Origin: Phyllosticta citribraziliensis
Lineage: Eukaryota
DNA: 64,000 nt
Assembly (NCBI RefSeq): GCF_038025025.1
Contig: NW_027117338.1
Span: forward strand, 806,001-870,000
Direction of reading: 5' to 3'
The position numbers and the translations under genes were made by a program. The notes below the pieces were generated by a model. That model made no database searches and had not been told where the DNA came from. It saw only the letters and a list, made by a program, of their open reading frames with translations. Each line of letters begins with the position of its first letter. Positions within the stretch are counted from its first letter, which is position 1. Shown piece by piece: positions 1 to 13,201 of this stretch.

Positions 1-1399
1 GCAGTGGAGGCTGTCAACTCATTATTGATGCTTTCCTCGAGGACGTTGAGGAATTCATTAAAGGTGCGCTGCAGCGTCGCCTTGGTTTGCTGCGGCTGAG
101 TCTGGCCGAAAAGCTCCTTGACGACGGCTCCAATCGCCGTTGGCGCGCCGCCCGACGTCTCCAGGAGCCCTATCCGGGACAGCAGTCGGTGGACATTGCC
201 GAACACGGACCCCAAAGTGCTGTCGGGCAGGGTCTGGATGTGCGCGAGTTCTCGCTTGGCCCAGTCCATGACTATGAGAATACTGCGCGGCGTCAGCATC
301 ATTGGCCCGGGGTCAAGCCAGAGGTGCGACAAAAAATACCTGTCGACGTCCCCGTCTACGTTTGCAAAGAATTTGGTCAATTCTACCGAGAGGGTCTTGA
401 GGCTTTCGCTCAGCTCGTCAAGTTCCTTAACTATGATGGGTGCCGATGTCATGTTCGTCAGGCGCACGCTTTCTCCGAGATCCCAGACCGCCACTCCCGT
501 CTCTTGCAAGTCTCCTATTTGCGACACTCCGTTTTCGCTGTAGTAGATGAAGGGTTCAAAAGCCTTGGCGAGGCCCGCAACCTTCACGAGATCCGGGACG
601 TGGCCTGCCTGGGGCGGTTGCAAAAGAAGGCGCAAGCCAAAGAGGGAGAGCAGTGCCACGAGCAAGGCCAACAACGTCGATGAACGCGACTTGAGAATCG
701 AAGGAAAGTTGCCGTACAACCAGGAGCAAGCAGCCTCGTAAGGCTCGGTTCGATGCTGGACTTCTGCGCGCACGGCAAGGCGAATGTCTGCGTGGTCGGT
801 TTAGCGCATGCGATTGCGCGTTGCACAGCGGGGCTATACGTACAGTTGTGCGCATGCGCGGCTATTCCATTAGGCTGCGCAGAATCATCCCTCCTCTTCT
901 TGTCATGGCGAGGCGCAATCGCGCGTTGCGGCGTGTCGTCATTGTCTTCGCCGTCGTCTTCCTTGATGCGCGCATCGATACCAAAGTCGCGATCCGGACT
1001 GGTTCGCGGTGTCTGCTTCAACGGGCTTCTTGGGAGAGGAACTCTGGCGGCCATGGTCGCGTCGCCCTCGCCGGCGCTCTCGTACTGTGGGCTGGTTTCG
1101 CGCGATCGCGAGGGGCTGCCTGCGGCGAGGTGCTGTCGATACCAGCCGCTGCCGGCTTTGCGCCAGGCAGGCGGCGACCACGGACCGGCGCTGTCGGACT
1201 CGTCGGGCTCTGACTCCTCTGATCGAAAGCCCGAGTGGGTGGATGGGATGCCGAAGAAGGGGGAACGGTTGGCGCGGTGGTGTGCAATATCGACGTCGTA
1301 GCAGTCGTCGACGGAGCCGGCCAGCGAAGGGCGCGAGGCGAGTAAATCCTCAAGATCTTCGGTGCGCAAGGCAGTCATGCTGCCTCGATCGTAAAGCAT
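1..1399 (-). CDS. Conserved fungal hypothetical membrane protein (3' end runs off the window)
   Basis: ATG at 1399. GT-AG introns at 788-843 and 283-339 join the disordered N-terminus (PWSPPAWRK) to an open frame the ORF track lacks: YIRLAVRAEVQHRTEP..., a hydrophobic segment LLALLVALLSLFGLRLLL, then PDLVKVAGLAKAFEPFIYYSENG...DGDVDSILIVMDWAKREL. The frame is still open at base 1. Confidence 0.75.
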
Positions 1400-4300
1400 G
1401 GATCGTCGGCGGGCTCTGGTGGTCGCAAAGGTCGAGGGGCTCTGGGATGGTGTTGCGGCGAATGCGGAGCGGGTCGCAAACGCAGCGGCGGGACTTGGCG
1501 GCGATCAGGTGGTTGTGGTGGTGGGAGCAGGGAGTCGAAAAGTCGCAGTCGTTGCAGAGGTAAGTCGGGATCAGTGTAGGAGCCCTATGAGGCATTGCAC
1601 AGCTCAAAGTTTCGAGTCGGAAGAGGATCTCGGGCGATAGGGCAACAGGTGGGTTGGAGACGTAGAGGGACGACTTGCGGGAGCTGTCGAGGTGACTTCT
1701 CTGGGACTAGGTGGGTGGCTGGGGCCGTGGTCCAATCAGCCGAGGGGCACACCCTTGCGTCTGTCCAAGGCGCTACACCTGCACCAACCCACCACGGTGC
1801 CCGTTCGGAATTCTCCCAGTCCAGCAGATGGGATAGGGGGCCCCGCTGTATTGACCGTAATCTTCCACTCGACTGTAAGCCACCGCCGCCCGTCGCCAAT
1901 GACGCTGCTGCACGCTGCCCAGGTGACTAACGGGCTCAAGCTGTAACATTGACCGCCGATCCGAACGAGGGGAAGCCCAGACGCGGCCGGCTCCCTCGTC
2001 TGCCTCTTCTCCCTTGCCGTGGCCTGCCTGCTTTCGCTGCCTCTCTATTCTCGCTGCCAGGAACCACGTCGCGCGTCGAGCCCGCGAGACTGTCGTGTCG
2101 ATTTCCTGGCACCGCTATGCGATGTGATGCGATGCGCGAGCATTGGGCCGTGGGTGGTTATCGCAGGGCTGAAGGGCAGGTGACCCCTCTTGTCAGGAGC
2201 CGCGAGTCAGCGCTAGATGCGGAGACCAGAGACCCTTTGACGAACCTGCGACGTTGGGCAGTAGCTCAGGGGACTCGCAAACAGGCAGAGCAGAGGAGAA
2301 ACCAAGACGGCGCCTTGTCAATCGCCGCACGAAGCCTGCCATGGCCTACAATTGTCGTCGACTCTATTTCCGTCGTCGTCGTGATGGTGGCAGCGGCGCA
2401 GATAAGGTTCACTATCGCGGCCGGATACATATCAGCGCCAGCGAGCAGGGGTCGAGGCTCCATGCCTTGGGGTGGTCCGGCCCAAAGCGCGGGAGCGGCC
2501 TCACCCTCCCGTTCTCTTCCATCTCCATGTCCATTTCATGCATCCGCCGACTTCTCCTCTCCTCCCCGTCGCACCTCATTTTAATTCCCGCAGCCCGCCC
2601 AGATCGACGTCCATGCATGCCGTCGCCCTCATCGCTGCCGGCGCCGTCCCCAGCTTAGCCACTCGCCATCAGCGCCCCCGACACATGGTTTCGTGCCCCG
2701 CCTGCACGCTTTGGGCTCCACGACAAGCTTCTTTCGGGCGAGCCCTAATCCCACTTCACTCCTGTCTCTCTTCCTCTTCGTCCATGACCTTGACAGGCCC
2801 CTGCGTCTGCATGGCTATGCGGATGGACGTGGTACCGCCCTGAAACCAGAAACTCGCCACCAGCCAAACATGAAGCATCATCTCGTCTTTTGCTCCCGGC
2901 CTTGACAAGGCTACTAGTGTACGTGTTTGAACCGTTGCGCCAGGTGGTCTTGTGTTATTCGCTGGCTGCCAACTGCGCTGCCAATCGACCGGATGTACGT
3001 ACCGCGTGCCTTGCGCTGTCCTCGCTTCCCCGGTCTAGGTTCTTGTCTTTCTCATTTGCTGTTGGTACAATCCCGGTCCACTTGTCCCCAGCCTCCTCAT
3101 TTTTGTCGCTGCGCACGTCTTTGGTGCATCTCTTTGCCCCAAAATAGTCGACTCGCTCCTTGAAGCAGACTCAGTCTTCCCCTCTCTGCTGCCCGCAACC
3201 GCTCGCTGGCCGTCGACTGTGCTGTAGTTGACCATCCCGCGCACTACGCACAGCATCCGGGCCGTCAACCGCAGCAGCAGCAGCAGCGCCAACGGCAGCA
3301 TGCGCGGAAACATGCATGGCAAGCACGCAATATGACGAGACTACGTCCGCTCTCGCTTTAGTGCATGTGGCGACTAACCCCTTGGGAGCAAGGAAAGCAT
3401 AGGACAGACGGGTCGGTCCTAGCTGGTGTATTAGACTGTGCGCTCGTCATTCCGTACCGTGCTTCTCGTGCAACATCAAGAAGCAGTCGTTTGTTGTGCT
3501 ACCTTCTTGGCCGTGTGAGACGCGGCGCGCACCGCGCCGTTTGTCGTGCGGCGGGGCTGACAGACGCCTCGAAAGGGGAACTTGTCAAATGAGGTATCCA
3601 GGGACCTGACGGTTTGAAATGAGCATTTTCGTCAGGGCAATGTCATTCGAGAGTCGCTGCCCGCGGAGAGAAATGACACTTCGCAAGTCCCGATGAGTCA
3701 TTGGACTCACCTTCTGCAAGCACTTTACACGGCTCCAGGACTTTCACCAAGCATCCACTTTTTCTATGCGTGTCCAGAATTTCTGTGCCATTCTTTTTGG
3801 GGTTTGGTCACCTCTTCTCTTGACCATCTCATTTCCTCTACAATGACGCAAGTCTTCAACATTGATCACTTTCTGTTCAGTTTTCCCGCTTTAGCCTGTA
3901 CCGTAGCCTGTCTGCAGAACAATTTGGTCGTCGTCGCAGCCAATCAAATCAACGGCAAATCGCAGATAAGAGTCGCAAGCATTCGAGGCAAGAGACGATG
4001 TCGTCGTATCCGTGTGCTCTGGAGGACGGTGCGGACCGCCAGCCTGGTTCGCCGCATGGACTGCTTATCGCCGAGGCCGGAGGGAAGCAAGTTTGAGCCT
4101 CTCGACCCGCGCAGCCAACCGCAGCACAAAATCTCCCTCGTCGACCTCGTTTGAAATTCTCAATTTTTGGACGCAGAGAAATCCGTTTCCCCACTATAGT
4201 CGTTTCCAAATGGCACGCCTTTTGGCCATGTGGCTGCTGGAAAATTTTGCCGTCGTCGCCACAGTGTGGCAACCTTGGTCAACGGCACGCTAGAACGAGT

Positions 4301-5035
4301 CACACATCTCGCGCGACAACTACGCCCTTGTGCCCTGGGCTCAGCTCTGAGCTCATCGCACGGCGCCGACATGGATCTGTCCTGTCCTGACGTGTCCGTC
4401 TTGCTCAAGACCACCGGTATCCCATTTGAAAACGACATGATTGGGTCCTGAGTGGGCATGAGCAATAATCTGCCGAGATGCTCGCTTTGGCATCACAGCA
4501 TTGAAGCAGAGCGATGGCCGTTTCCATCCCCAGACTTGATCAAGACGGATGCTCGATCTCCCCGCAATCTCTGGGTGCCGTCTGTACCGCATTGTCCTGC
4601 ATTAGGAAGACCGCCCCTCCCCAGGACGCAGCCAAGTACTGCATTCGTAGATGTGCTGACACTGACGATCCACCACTGCTGGTCCGTGGGCCACCAGCGG
4701 TACCCACCGATACCGGGGCCATGCTCTGCACCACGGCAAGCTGATCCGAGCGAGAGGAGACCACCAGGACGAGAAGCGCGTCTTTTAATTTTCTCTCTCT
4801 TCTCTTCTCTCTTAATACTGTCCAGCTATCCTCGTCAATCACGTTTGAATTTTCTCTACAATTCAAACTTCCTTCAGTCCTTCGAGAAGAATTTTGTCGA
4901 CAGCTCCATGCCTATCTCAGCGTGCACTTCTCTTTGCACGCGACTCTCCTCATTGAGCACCTCTACCCACAAGGCTCTAGCATTGGCGAGCCACCATACC
5001 TAAATCTAGTCGACCATCCTTAAACCTCCTCCCCG

Positions 5036-6943
5036 ATGACAGCGAAACAAAAAGATGTCGAAGCCGGCCTTCACGACCAAACGAATCTTCTGCCCACCCG
5101 GCAGCTGCTCATCGTCTTCAGCTGCATGTCCCTGAGCTTGATGGTCTGTTTCATTGACCAAAATGGACTCGGCGTGCTGCTTCCGTCCATCGCAAAGGAC
5201 CTCAATGCCGAGAACACCATTAGCTGGGCCGGAACCTCCAACTTGATCGCAAACACCGTGTTCCAAGTGCTCTACGGACGGCTGTCCGATCTATTTGGAC
5301 GGAAGCTGGTTTACGTGTCGGCGTTGGCATTGCTTTGCATCAGCGACTTGCTATGCGGACTTGCAGTCAACTCGACCATGCTGTACTTCTTCCGCGGCCT
5401 AGCAGGCGTTGCCGGCGGTGGCATCACCAGGTACGATATCGGCCCACCACTCGAGCACCACCGAATGCTCCCCCTCCTCCTGGACCAAACACCCTGAGCT
5501 TACATCGATACCGGTAGTCTGTCCATGATGATTGTCAGCGACGTAGTAACTCTCGAAATGCGCGGCCGGTACCAAGGCATCCTCGGCGCTATGGTAGGCA
5601 TGGGCAATATGGTAGGTCCACTGCTGGGCGCTGCGTTTGCGCAGCACTCGACCTGGCGCGGTCTCTTCTATCTCGTGTGCCCCGTGGCCGCCGTCTGCGG
5701 AATCATCAACTGGTTCATGGTACCATCGTCCATGCCGGCCGAGGACTTCAAGGAAAACGTCAAGAAGATTGACTTTTGGGGCATCTTGACGGGCTCGGCG
5801 GCCATCATCCTCATCTTGATTCCCATCTCCGGTGGTGGATCTTATTTTGCGTGGGACAGCGCGCTGGTCATTGCCATGTTGGTCGTGGGCGGCGTGTGCG
5901 CGGTGGCTTTTGTCGTAGTCGAGTGGAAGGTAGCTTCACTGCCCATGATGCCGCGTAAGAAGCTTTCGAGACCCCAAATCATCAAGACAGTAATGTTGAC
6001 CATGCAAACAGTGGCCCTCTTCCGCAACATCCCCGTGGCCGTCATGCTCCTCCAAAACTTCTTCTTCGGTGCCGTCTACTACGCCTACCTGTACTACCTG
6101 CCGCTCTACTTCCAGAACGTACGCGACATGACGCCACTGCTCTCCGCCATCCTGACCATCCCCATCGTCTTTTGCCAATCCTTCTTCTCCATCATCACCG
6201 GCCTCTACATCTCGCACTACAAGCGGTACGGCGAGATCATCTGGGCCGGCTTCATCCTGTGGACCATCGGCTCCTCCCTTCTCACCCTATACGACCGCAC
6301 GCTGCACATTGCCGCCATCGTCGTCATCAGCGGCATCGTCGGCACAGCCGTGGGCTTCATCTTCCAGCCCACGCTCGTCGCCATGCAGGCACACTGCACC
6401 AAGGCGCAGCGCGCCGTCGTCATCTCCAACCGCAACTTCCTGCGCTCGCTGGGCGGCGCCTTTGGCCTCGCCATCTCAGCGGCTGTCCTGCAAAACAGCC
6501 TCAAGGGCGCCTTGCCCCCGGCCTTCAAGAGCCTGGCCGACTCGACCTACACCAGCCCCGACTACTCGCAGTACAGCGCCGCCGACGGCGACGCCATTCA
6601 CGACGCGTACGCCCACGCCAGCCGCACGGTTTTCATCACGCTGGCGCCGTTCGTCGCGCTCTGCCTCTTGGGCTGCTTCTTCGTCAAGGACAACGGCTTG
6701 ACGCGGCCGGACGAGGAGGGCCAGCCCGGAACCGGCGCTGCCACCGATGCCACGGTCACCCAGGTCGGTCCCGAGGAGGACGACGACGAGAAGGACCAGG
6801 AGAAGCATGGTGCCGCTGATGCCGAGACGCCGCGTGCCAGCGTCTCGGTGGCGCCGGAGGGCAAGGAGGCGCCGAAGGCGAGCGCGCAGCCGATGGGAGA
6901 GACGGGGGCCGTTGAGGAGACGGCGGGTGCGCGTCGCCAGTGA
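5036..6943 (+). CDS. MFS transporter, DHA2/14-TM drug:H+ antiporter-like
   Basis: MFS motif A (YGRLSDLFGRK), FRGLAGVAGGG, RGRYQG and many TM segments. Introns 5431-5517 and 5955-6011 join ORFs 5036.. and 5525..6943. Confidence 0.92.
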
Positions 6944-7679
6944 TGGCTTGTTCGATGAATGCGGAGGAACGTCCCCCTGTTTGTTCCTCTGCCGTGTAAT
7001 GCGGAGAAACAGAAGCCGAGCGGATGCGAACAAGACAGACAGGCAGACTGCCTGCCCTCTTACTGACCAGCGCTGCTGGTGATTTCTCACATAATCTCCT
7101 GTTTCATCTCTCTTTCTCTTTATCTTTTTCATCTCGTAACTCTCTCATGCCTCTCTCATCCGTTTCCATTCTTCGCATTTCCCATTCCATCTATTTCCTA
7201 TTTCCTTCGTAGAGCATTTCCTTCTTCGCTTACAGATTGCAAATCGAGCGACACAACCCATCTTCCTATTAGACATTAACCACAACCCAGACCAGATCAG
7301 ACACGAAGCAGCGAGGAGCAACAGGAAGAGCCGCACAGACTACATAGCAGAAAACGGCAGCAGAGCGGAGCGGAGCCATGACCGGGAGTCGAGGAGACCG
7401 ATATCGGAGACCCTGGATGATGTGGCGTCACGAGCGCACCACCACAACCGCACTGCCTCCCTATGTCATGGATGAACGATGATGGATCACGGCACGTTAG
7501 AAGGAGCGTTTGGGTCACGCTTCTCGGTATGATTGATGACGAGTCACAATTGGTTTAGCATTGTTGGTTGTGGGCGTTCATCATACCCCTTTTTGAGAAC
7601 GGAGAAGAAGTAGATTATAGAGACATAGACAGGAACATTGAATAGAAGAAAAGGAAAAATCAAATTGCGTAAGCTGGGT

Positions 7680-7730
7680 CGTTGATGTCGTGGTAGTGTG
7701 TTGATGTCGTTGAAGTCGTTGATGTCGTGG
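7680..7730. repeat. Short degenerate tandem repeat (GTTGATGTC-type unit)
   Basis: gttgatgtcg occurs three times with a variant gttgaagtcg, within a GTC/GTG-rich low-complexity tract. Confidence 0.5.
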
Positions 7731-7909
7731 TAATGGGAGTGTAGTGTGGGCGTAGTGGTGATGGTGGTAGTCTTCGGCGTCGCGGTCGTCGGCGTCGTGG
7801 TCGTTGTCGTTATTGTCGTCGCCATCGTCCCTTGAACCAACTGTACAGAAAGCGCATTCAAAAGAAAGGAAAAAAAAAAAAAAAAAGAAATCCACCTCAA
7901 CCACCACAT

Positions 7910-8170
7910 CTACAACAACATCTCCACATCTCCCTTCTCAACAAACACAAACTCGTCCTCTCTCTCCTCCTTCACGTCTTCCCCCTCAACAAACAGATCA
8001 CTCTCCCCCCTCATCTCCGCACCACACAGCATCCCCACACTGACTCCAGCACACACAGACAGGGCCGCGACGGCCAAAAAGAGCAGGAAGACAGCAAGCA
8101 GCGCGAGGTACCCGAGCAAGGGGAAGCAAAACGACAGGGCGGTGGACGCTCCTCCCAGGGTGATCGACAT
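7910..8170 (-). CDS. Putative small single-pass membrane protein (86 aa), unknown function
   Basis: Strong fungal Kozak context (ATCAAAATG). Long hydrophobic stretch FCFPLLGYLALLAVFLLFLAVAALSVCAGVSVGML and an acidic tail. Upstream canonical intron GTAAGT(8404)...CTAAC...CAG(8297) and a T-rich 3' region. Confidence 0.55.
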   Translation of the reverse strand: MSITLGGASTALSFCFPLLGYLALLAVFLLFLAVAALSVCAGVSVGMLCGAEMRGESDLFVEGEDVKEEREDEFVFVEKGDVEMLL

Positions 8171-8450
8171 TTTGATGGACGTGAGGTTGGTGGCGTCCGG
8201 AGGAGTTGTTTGTTGTTGAGCTGGGTGGGAAGGTGGTGTTGGCGTTGGCGTTGTCGTCGTCGTCGAGTTGAGCTGAGCTTGCTCGTTTGCTTTTGTCTGA
8301 CTTTGGGACGTTAGTGACGAGGGGGGAAGAAAGGCGAGGCGGAGAACACGGCGACAGGGAGAACAGAGTGAAAAGGAGAACAAGGTAGGAGGGAGCGTAC
8401 TTACAGTTGTTTTTTCGAGTCGGGAGCAGAGGAGGTGGTGTTGGCGTTGT

Positions 8451-8474
8451 AGTTGAGTTGAGTTGAGTTGAGTT
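8451..8474. repeat. (AGTTG)n pentanucleotide microsatellite
   Basis: About 5 consecutive copies of agttg. Confidence 0.7.
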
Positions 8475-9099
8475 CGCCTTGTAGCTGTGTTCGCTGGTTC
8501 GTTTTCTCTTGTTTTCTTGGAAAGTGTGAGGAGAAAGGGAAGAAAGGCTTGAAGGGAAAAGAAGGGCCTGCCAGAGGGCCCCTGTGGATTTTTATAGATA
8601 CGGGAAGCATTGCGCATTGGGATGCTTTACTCATCGTACCAGATTTTGTGCTGTTGATTCGAAGGGTAAACAGGGGAAGCGGTGCATATTTGGATACCTT
8701 CACTCTTCTACCAGACTTTGTTCCGCCGAGTCGATGAGCAGGTGTCGGCAAATCTGCAGTTTTGCGTTGGTCGAGGGCAGAAGCGTGATAGAACACATGT
8801 CACGATGGTGTTGTTGGTTCGGTTGGAACGGTACGGTCGAAACAAGAATCGAAAAGATTGAACTTGATTGGTAGAATTCTGTTTTTCAACATACATTTGA
8901 CTGTCGTCTGGTCCCCCTAAAAGTTTTGACCGGTCTCTTCCCCCCTACCGTTCCTGGCAGGTGGAAGGGTCCGTTTCTGGTACCACGGTTGCTTTTCAGG
9001 GTCCTGAACCAATGCAAATCGCAAATGTCACGTTATAGGGTCCATACCACGAGGAGTAGAATGACTCTTCCGCTTTCCCAACCATGCATGTGTCTCCCC

Positions 9100-10299
9100 T
9101 TAGTATCCCGCAATCTGCTTCGGCAGGTAAGGCTCCTCGAGGTACGCAAAGTCGGCGTCCTGCAGCTTGAAGTTGGAGTTCTTGACGGCTTCTTCGATGC
9201 GCTCCTTGGAGCCCAGGCCGATGATGGGCGAGACGCCCTTGGCGATGACCCAGGCCGTGGCGACGGCCGTCATGGAGACGCCGCGCTTCTTTGCAATCTC
9301 CTCGACGCGGTCGATGATGGTCTTGTCGACCTCGTTCTCGCGCGAGCGGATGAGCGCCTTGAGGAAATTGTCCGTCTGCTCGCGGGTGGTGCCGCGGCTG
9401 TCCCAGGGGCGCGCCAGGACGCCGCGGGCGATGGGGCTCCAGGGGATGAGGCCGACGCCGGTGGCCTTGCAGTAGGGAATCATCTCGCGCTCCTCTTCGC
9501 GGTACAGCAGGTTGTAGTAGTTTTGCATCGAGATGAACTGGTGCCAGCCGTTGCGCGCCGCAATGGTTTGCATCATCTGGAACTCCCACGCCGCCATGCT
9601 GCTGGCGCCAATGTAGCGCACCTTGCCCGACTCGATGACGTCGTTGAGCGCCTTCATGATCTCCTCCATTGGCGTGTCACGGTCCAGCCGATGGATTTGG
9701 AGTACGTCGATGTATGTGCCCAGTCGTGCCACGCTCTTGTCCACTGCGTCGAGAATGTGCTTGCGCGACAGGCCTACGTGGTTGACGAATTCGCCGTCGT
9801 TGGTGCTCGCAGCCGCGATGGGAGTCTGCTTTCCGTCATCGGCCACGCCAAAGTAGCATTTGGACAGGAGGACGACGCGGTGGCGCGGGATGTTGTACTG
9901 GCGCAGAGCTTTGCCGACGATTTCTTCGCTGCGGCCGTGCGAGTAGATGTCTGCCTGTTGGAGAGAGCAACATCAGTACGGTGCATTCCATGTTCTCAAT
10001 AGCCTCCTCCATGACGATTGAACGCACAGTGTCCCAAGTATTGATGCCATTCTTGTAGGCGTGCTCGAGCAGAGGCAAGGCCGCCTCCTCGTCCAAAACC
10101 CATTTCGCCCAGTCGCTAGAGCCGTACGACATGCATCCCAGAATAACCTTGCTGACCTTGAGGCCAGACTTGCCGAGTCTGTTGAACCATCAGTCAGGAT
10201 CCCATTCGAGCGGTTTGAGGGCTCTGCGGCAAACGAGGGATAGAGCGGTGGGGCAAGGGGGACCGACCTGACATATTCCATCTTGTTTTCGGCGGCCAT
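9100..10299 (-). CDS. Aldo-keto reductase (aryl-alcohol dehydrogenase/Kv-beta-like AKR)
   Basis: MEYVRLGKSGLKVS...GCMSYG, WDTADIYSHGRSE (catalytic D/Y), LSRKHI, YIDVLQIHR, GKVRYIGASSM, MQNYYNLLYREEERE, PWSPIARG. Introns 10179-10267 and 9955-10027. Confidence 0.93.
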
Positions 10300-11004
10300 T
10301 GTGGTTTCTTCTTGGTGTTTCAATTCGAGGTGGAGTTGTGATTGCTGGCGAGTGGAGCCAACCTGATGTCTGTTGGAGGTTTTAAGTAGTTAACAGCGCC
10401 CTTGCACTGCTGACGTTGGTGACCAGATGCTCCGCTGTTAGGCCAAAGCTATCCCCGTACTAAATCCGTCGTGGGTCATTGTTCTCCGCTCAACTCCGCA
10501 CGTCAGCTTCTCAAGACAGGAAGCTCGCCTGAGATTAGCTGTCAATCTGCCGTCGTCGCCAGAGCGATCTTGCTGGCAGCATGTCAGCGCTGGCGACTTG
10601 CCGGTCTGTGCCATCATGATGCTGCTCTGCACCGTTGCAGTCCCCAGGGGTTCGTCGCTGTCCCTTGCGTGATCGAAGTAGTTGGAAAACTGTGCCTGCG
10701 GCTGAACGTTTCGTTGATGTTGTCAATTAAGCTCGGAAGAAATGCCGCTTGGACCTAGGATACCTTGAATACAGTCCCCGAAGTGACGTCAAAAACTCTA
10801 TTTACGCGGGTAGGGCTGCCACACACATCATCGCGATCACGTCTTGGATCGTTGTTGCAAAAGTTGATGAAGGGTAAAATGAAGAGGCCGAAGCCTCAGC
10901 CCGTAGGCTCCATGAATTGACTATCTTGAGCCACCCGCAGGTGCCTCATCCCGAACGCCTGTGCCTTCCAGAAACCGACCCATTATCGTCCATCAGATAT
11001 CCCT

Positions 11005-12257
<1,253 letters not shown>

Positions 12258-12272
12258 CTAGCCCGGTAGGCT

Positions 12273-12287
12273 GGAAGCTTGTGGAAG
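12273..12287. promoter_or_regulatory. Possible gapped heat-shock element upstream of polyubiquitin
   Basis: gGAAg-cTTGt-gGAAg (nGAAn-nTTCn-nGAAn with one mismatch), about 240 nt upstream of the ubi4 ATG. A TATAAG lies near 12148-12153. Polyubiquitin genes are typically stress-induced. Confidence 0.3.
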
Positions 12288-13201
12288 CGGCGGCCAGGCT
12301 CTATCGGAAGGAGTACTACTCCAGAGCATGTACAGTAGGTAGTCACCTGGGAAAGTCCTCCTGTGTCCACCACTCAGCCGTTGTCCATCCCTCGCTCTCT
12401 CGACGTTGACGAGCTCACCGACGGGAGGGACTTCAGGAGCTTCACCACCTCAGCTCAGCGCACGGCAGTCGATGACGTTCGCAGCCAGTCTTATCACGCG
12501 CGCGCGGGCCCACGCCCTCCGCCCGTAGCTAATGACGCGCCCGTCCACCACGGTGTCAGGTCTCTTTGACCCTATCCATCCGCTCAACCCTTATCGCGTC
12601 ACCGTCATCAAACGAATCCATCCCTTTGAATTTTCCAACGACTGACTCTTCTTCGCCGGCTTTCGCCGGACTCTTCGGGCTCGGGCTTGTCGTGCGGGAA
12701 AGGCACCGTCGCTGCACCGCCACCTCCGGCTCGTTGCGGGGAAATCGGCTGCTCGGCCTCGTGTGGCGTGGCGCAGGAGCTCTTCCTTGGCATCAACACC
12801 GACCGAACAACTTCCCATTTTGTGCACACATCAAACTCCCTTTCTTTGGCCCGTCACTAAATCCTCTTTTGGGCACCCATCTTTTCATGAAATCGACTGT
12901 TCGAGCGTCCTCCGACGCTGAACGAAGAAAAATGGGACATGTCTGTATTGGCCCCCGCGCCAGTCCAAATCTTGACCCTTGACTCCGTGCTTGCATGCTC
13001 AGTTGATAAAAAACTCGACTTGATTTGCTCTCCGTCACCGTCTGCCTGCTGACAAGCCCCGCAAGGCCATATGGCCATGGCCATGGATCTATGCAGGGTC
13101 GCGCATGCTTACTTCCGCCAAAATCTCTCTTCACGTTTGCTCTTTTGCCTCCATTTCCTGTTCTCCGCCAACTTTCCATTAAGCCTTTTGCTTTTTGAGC
13201 C

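Noticed and set aside
2472..2843. Short plus-strand ORF with a signal-peptide-like MHAVALIAAGAVPSLA in the 3.6-kb divergent intergenic region
   Set aside because: No coding codon bias, recognisable domain or supporting splice signals; cannot be distinguished from chance.
8926..10002. Long antisense ORFs opposite real genes (also 87-683, 11035-11676, 16309-17442, 24436-25386, 26879-27574, 50703-51611, 52528-53319)
   Set aside because: Shadow frames caused by strong GC/codon bias on the coding strand; no motifs of their own.
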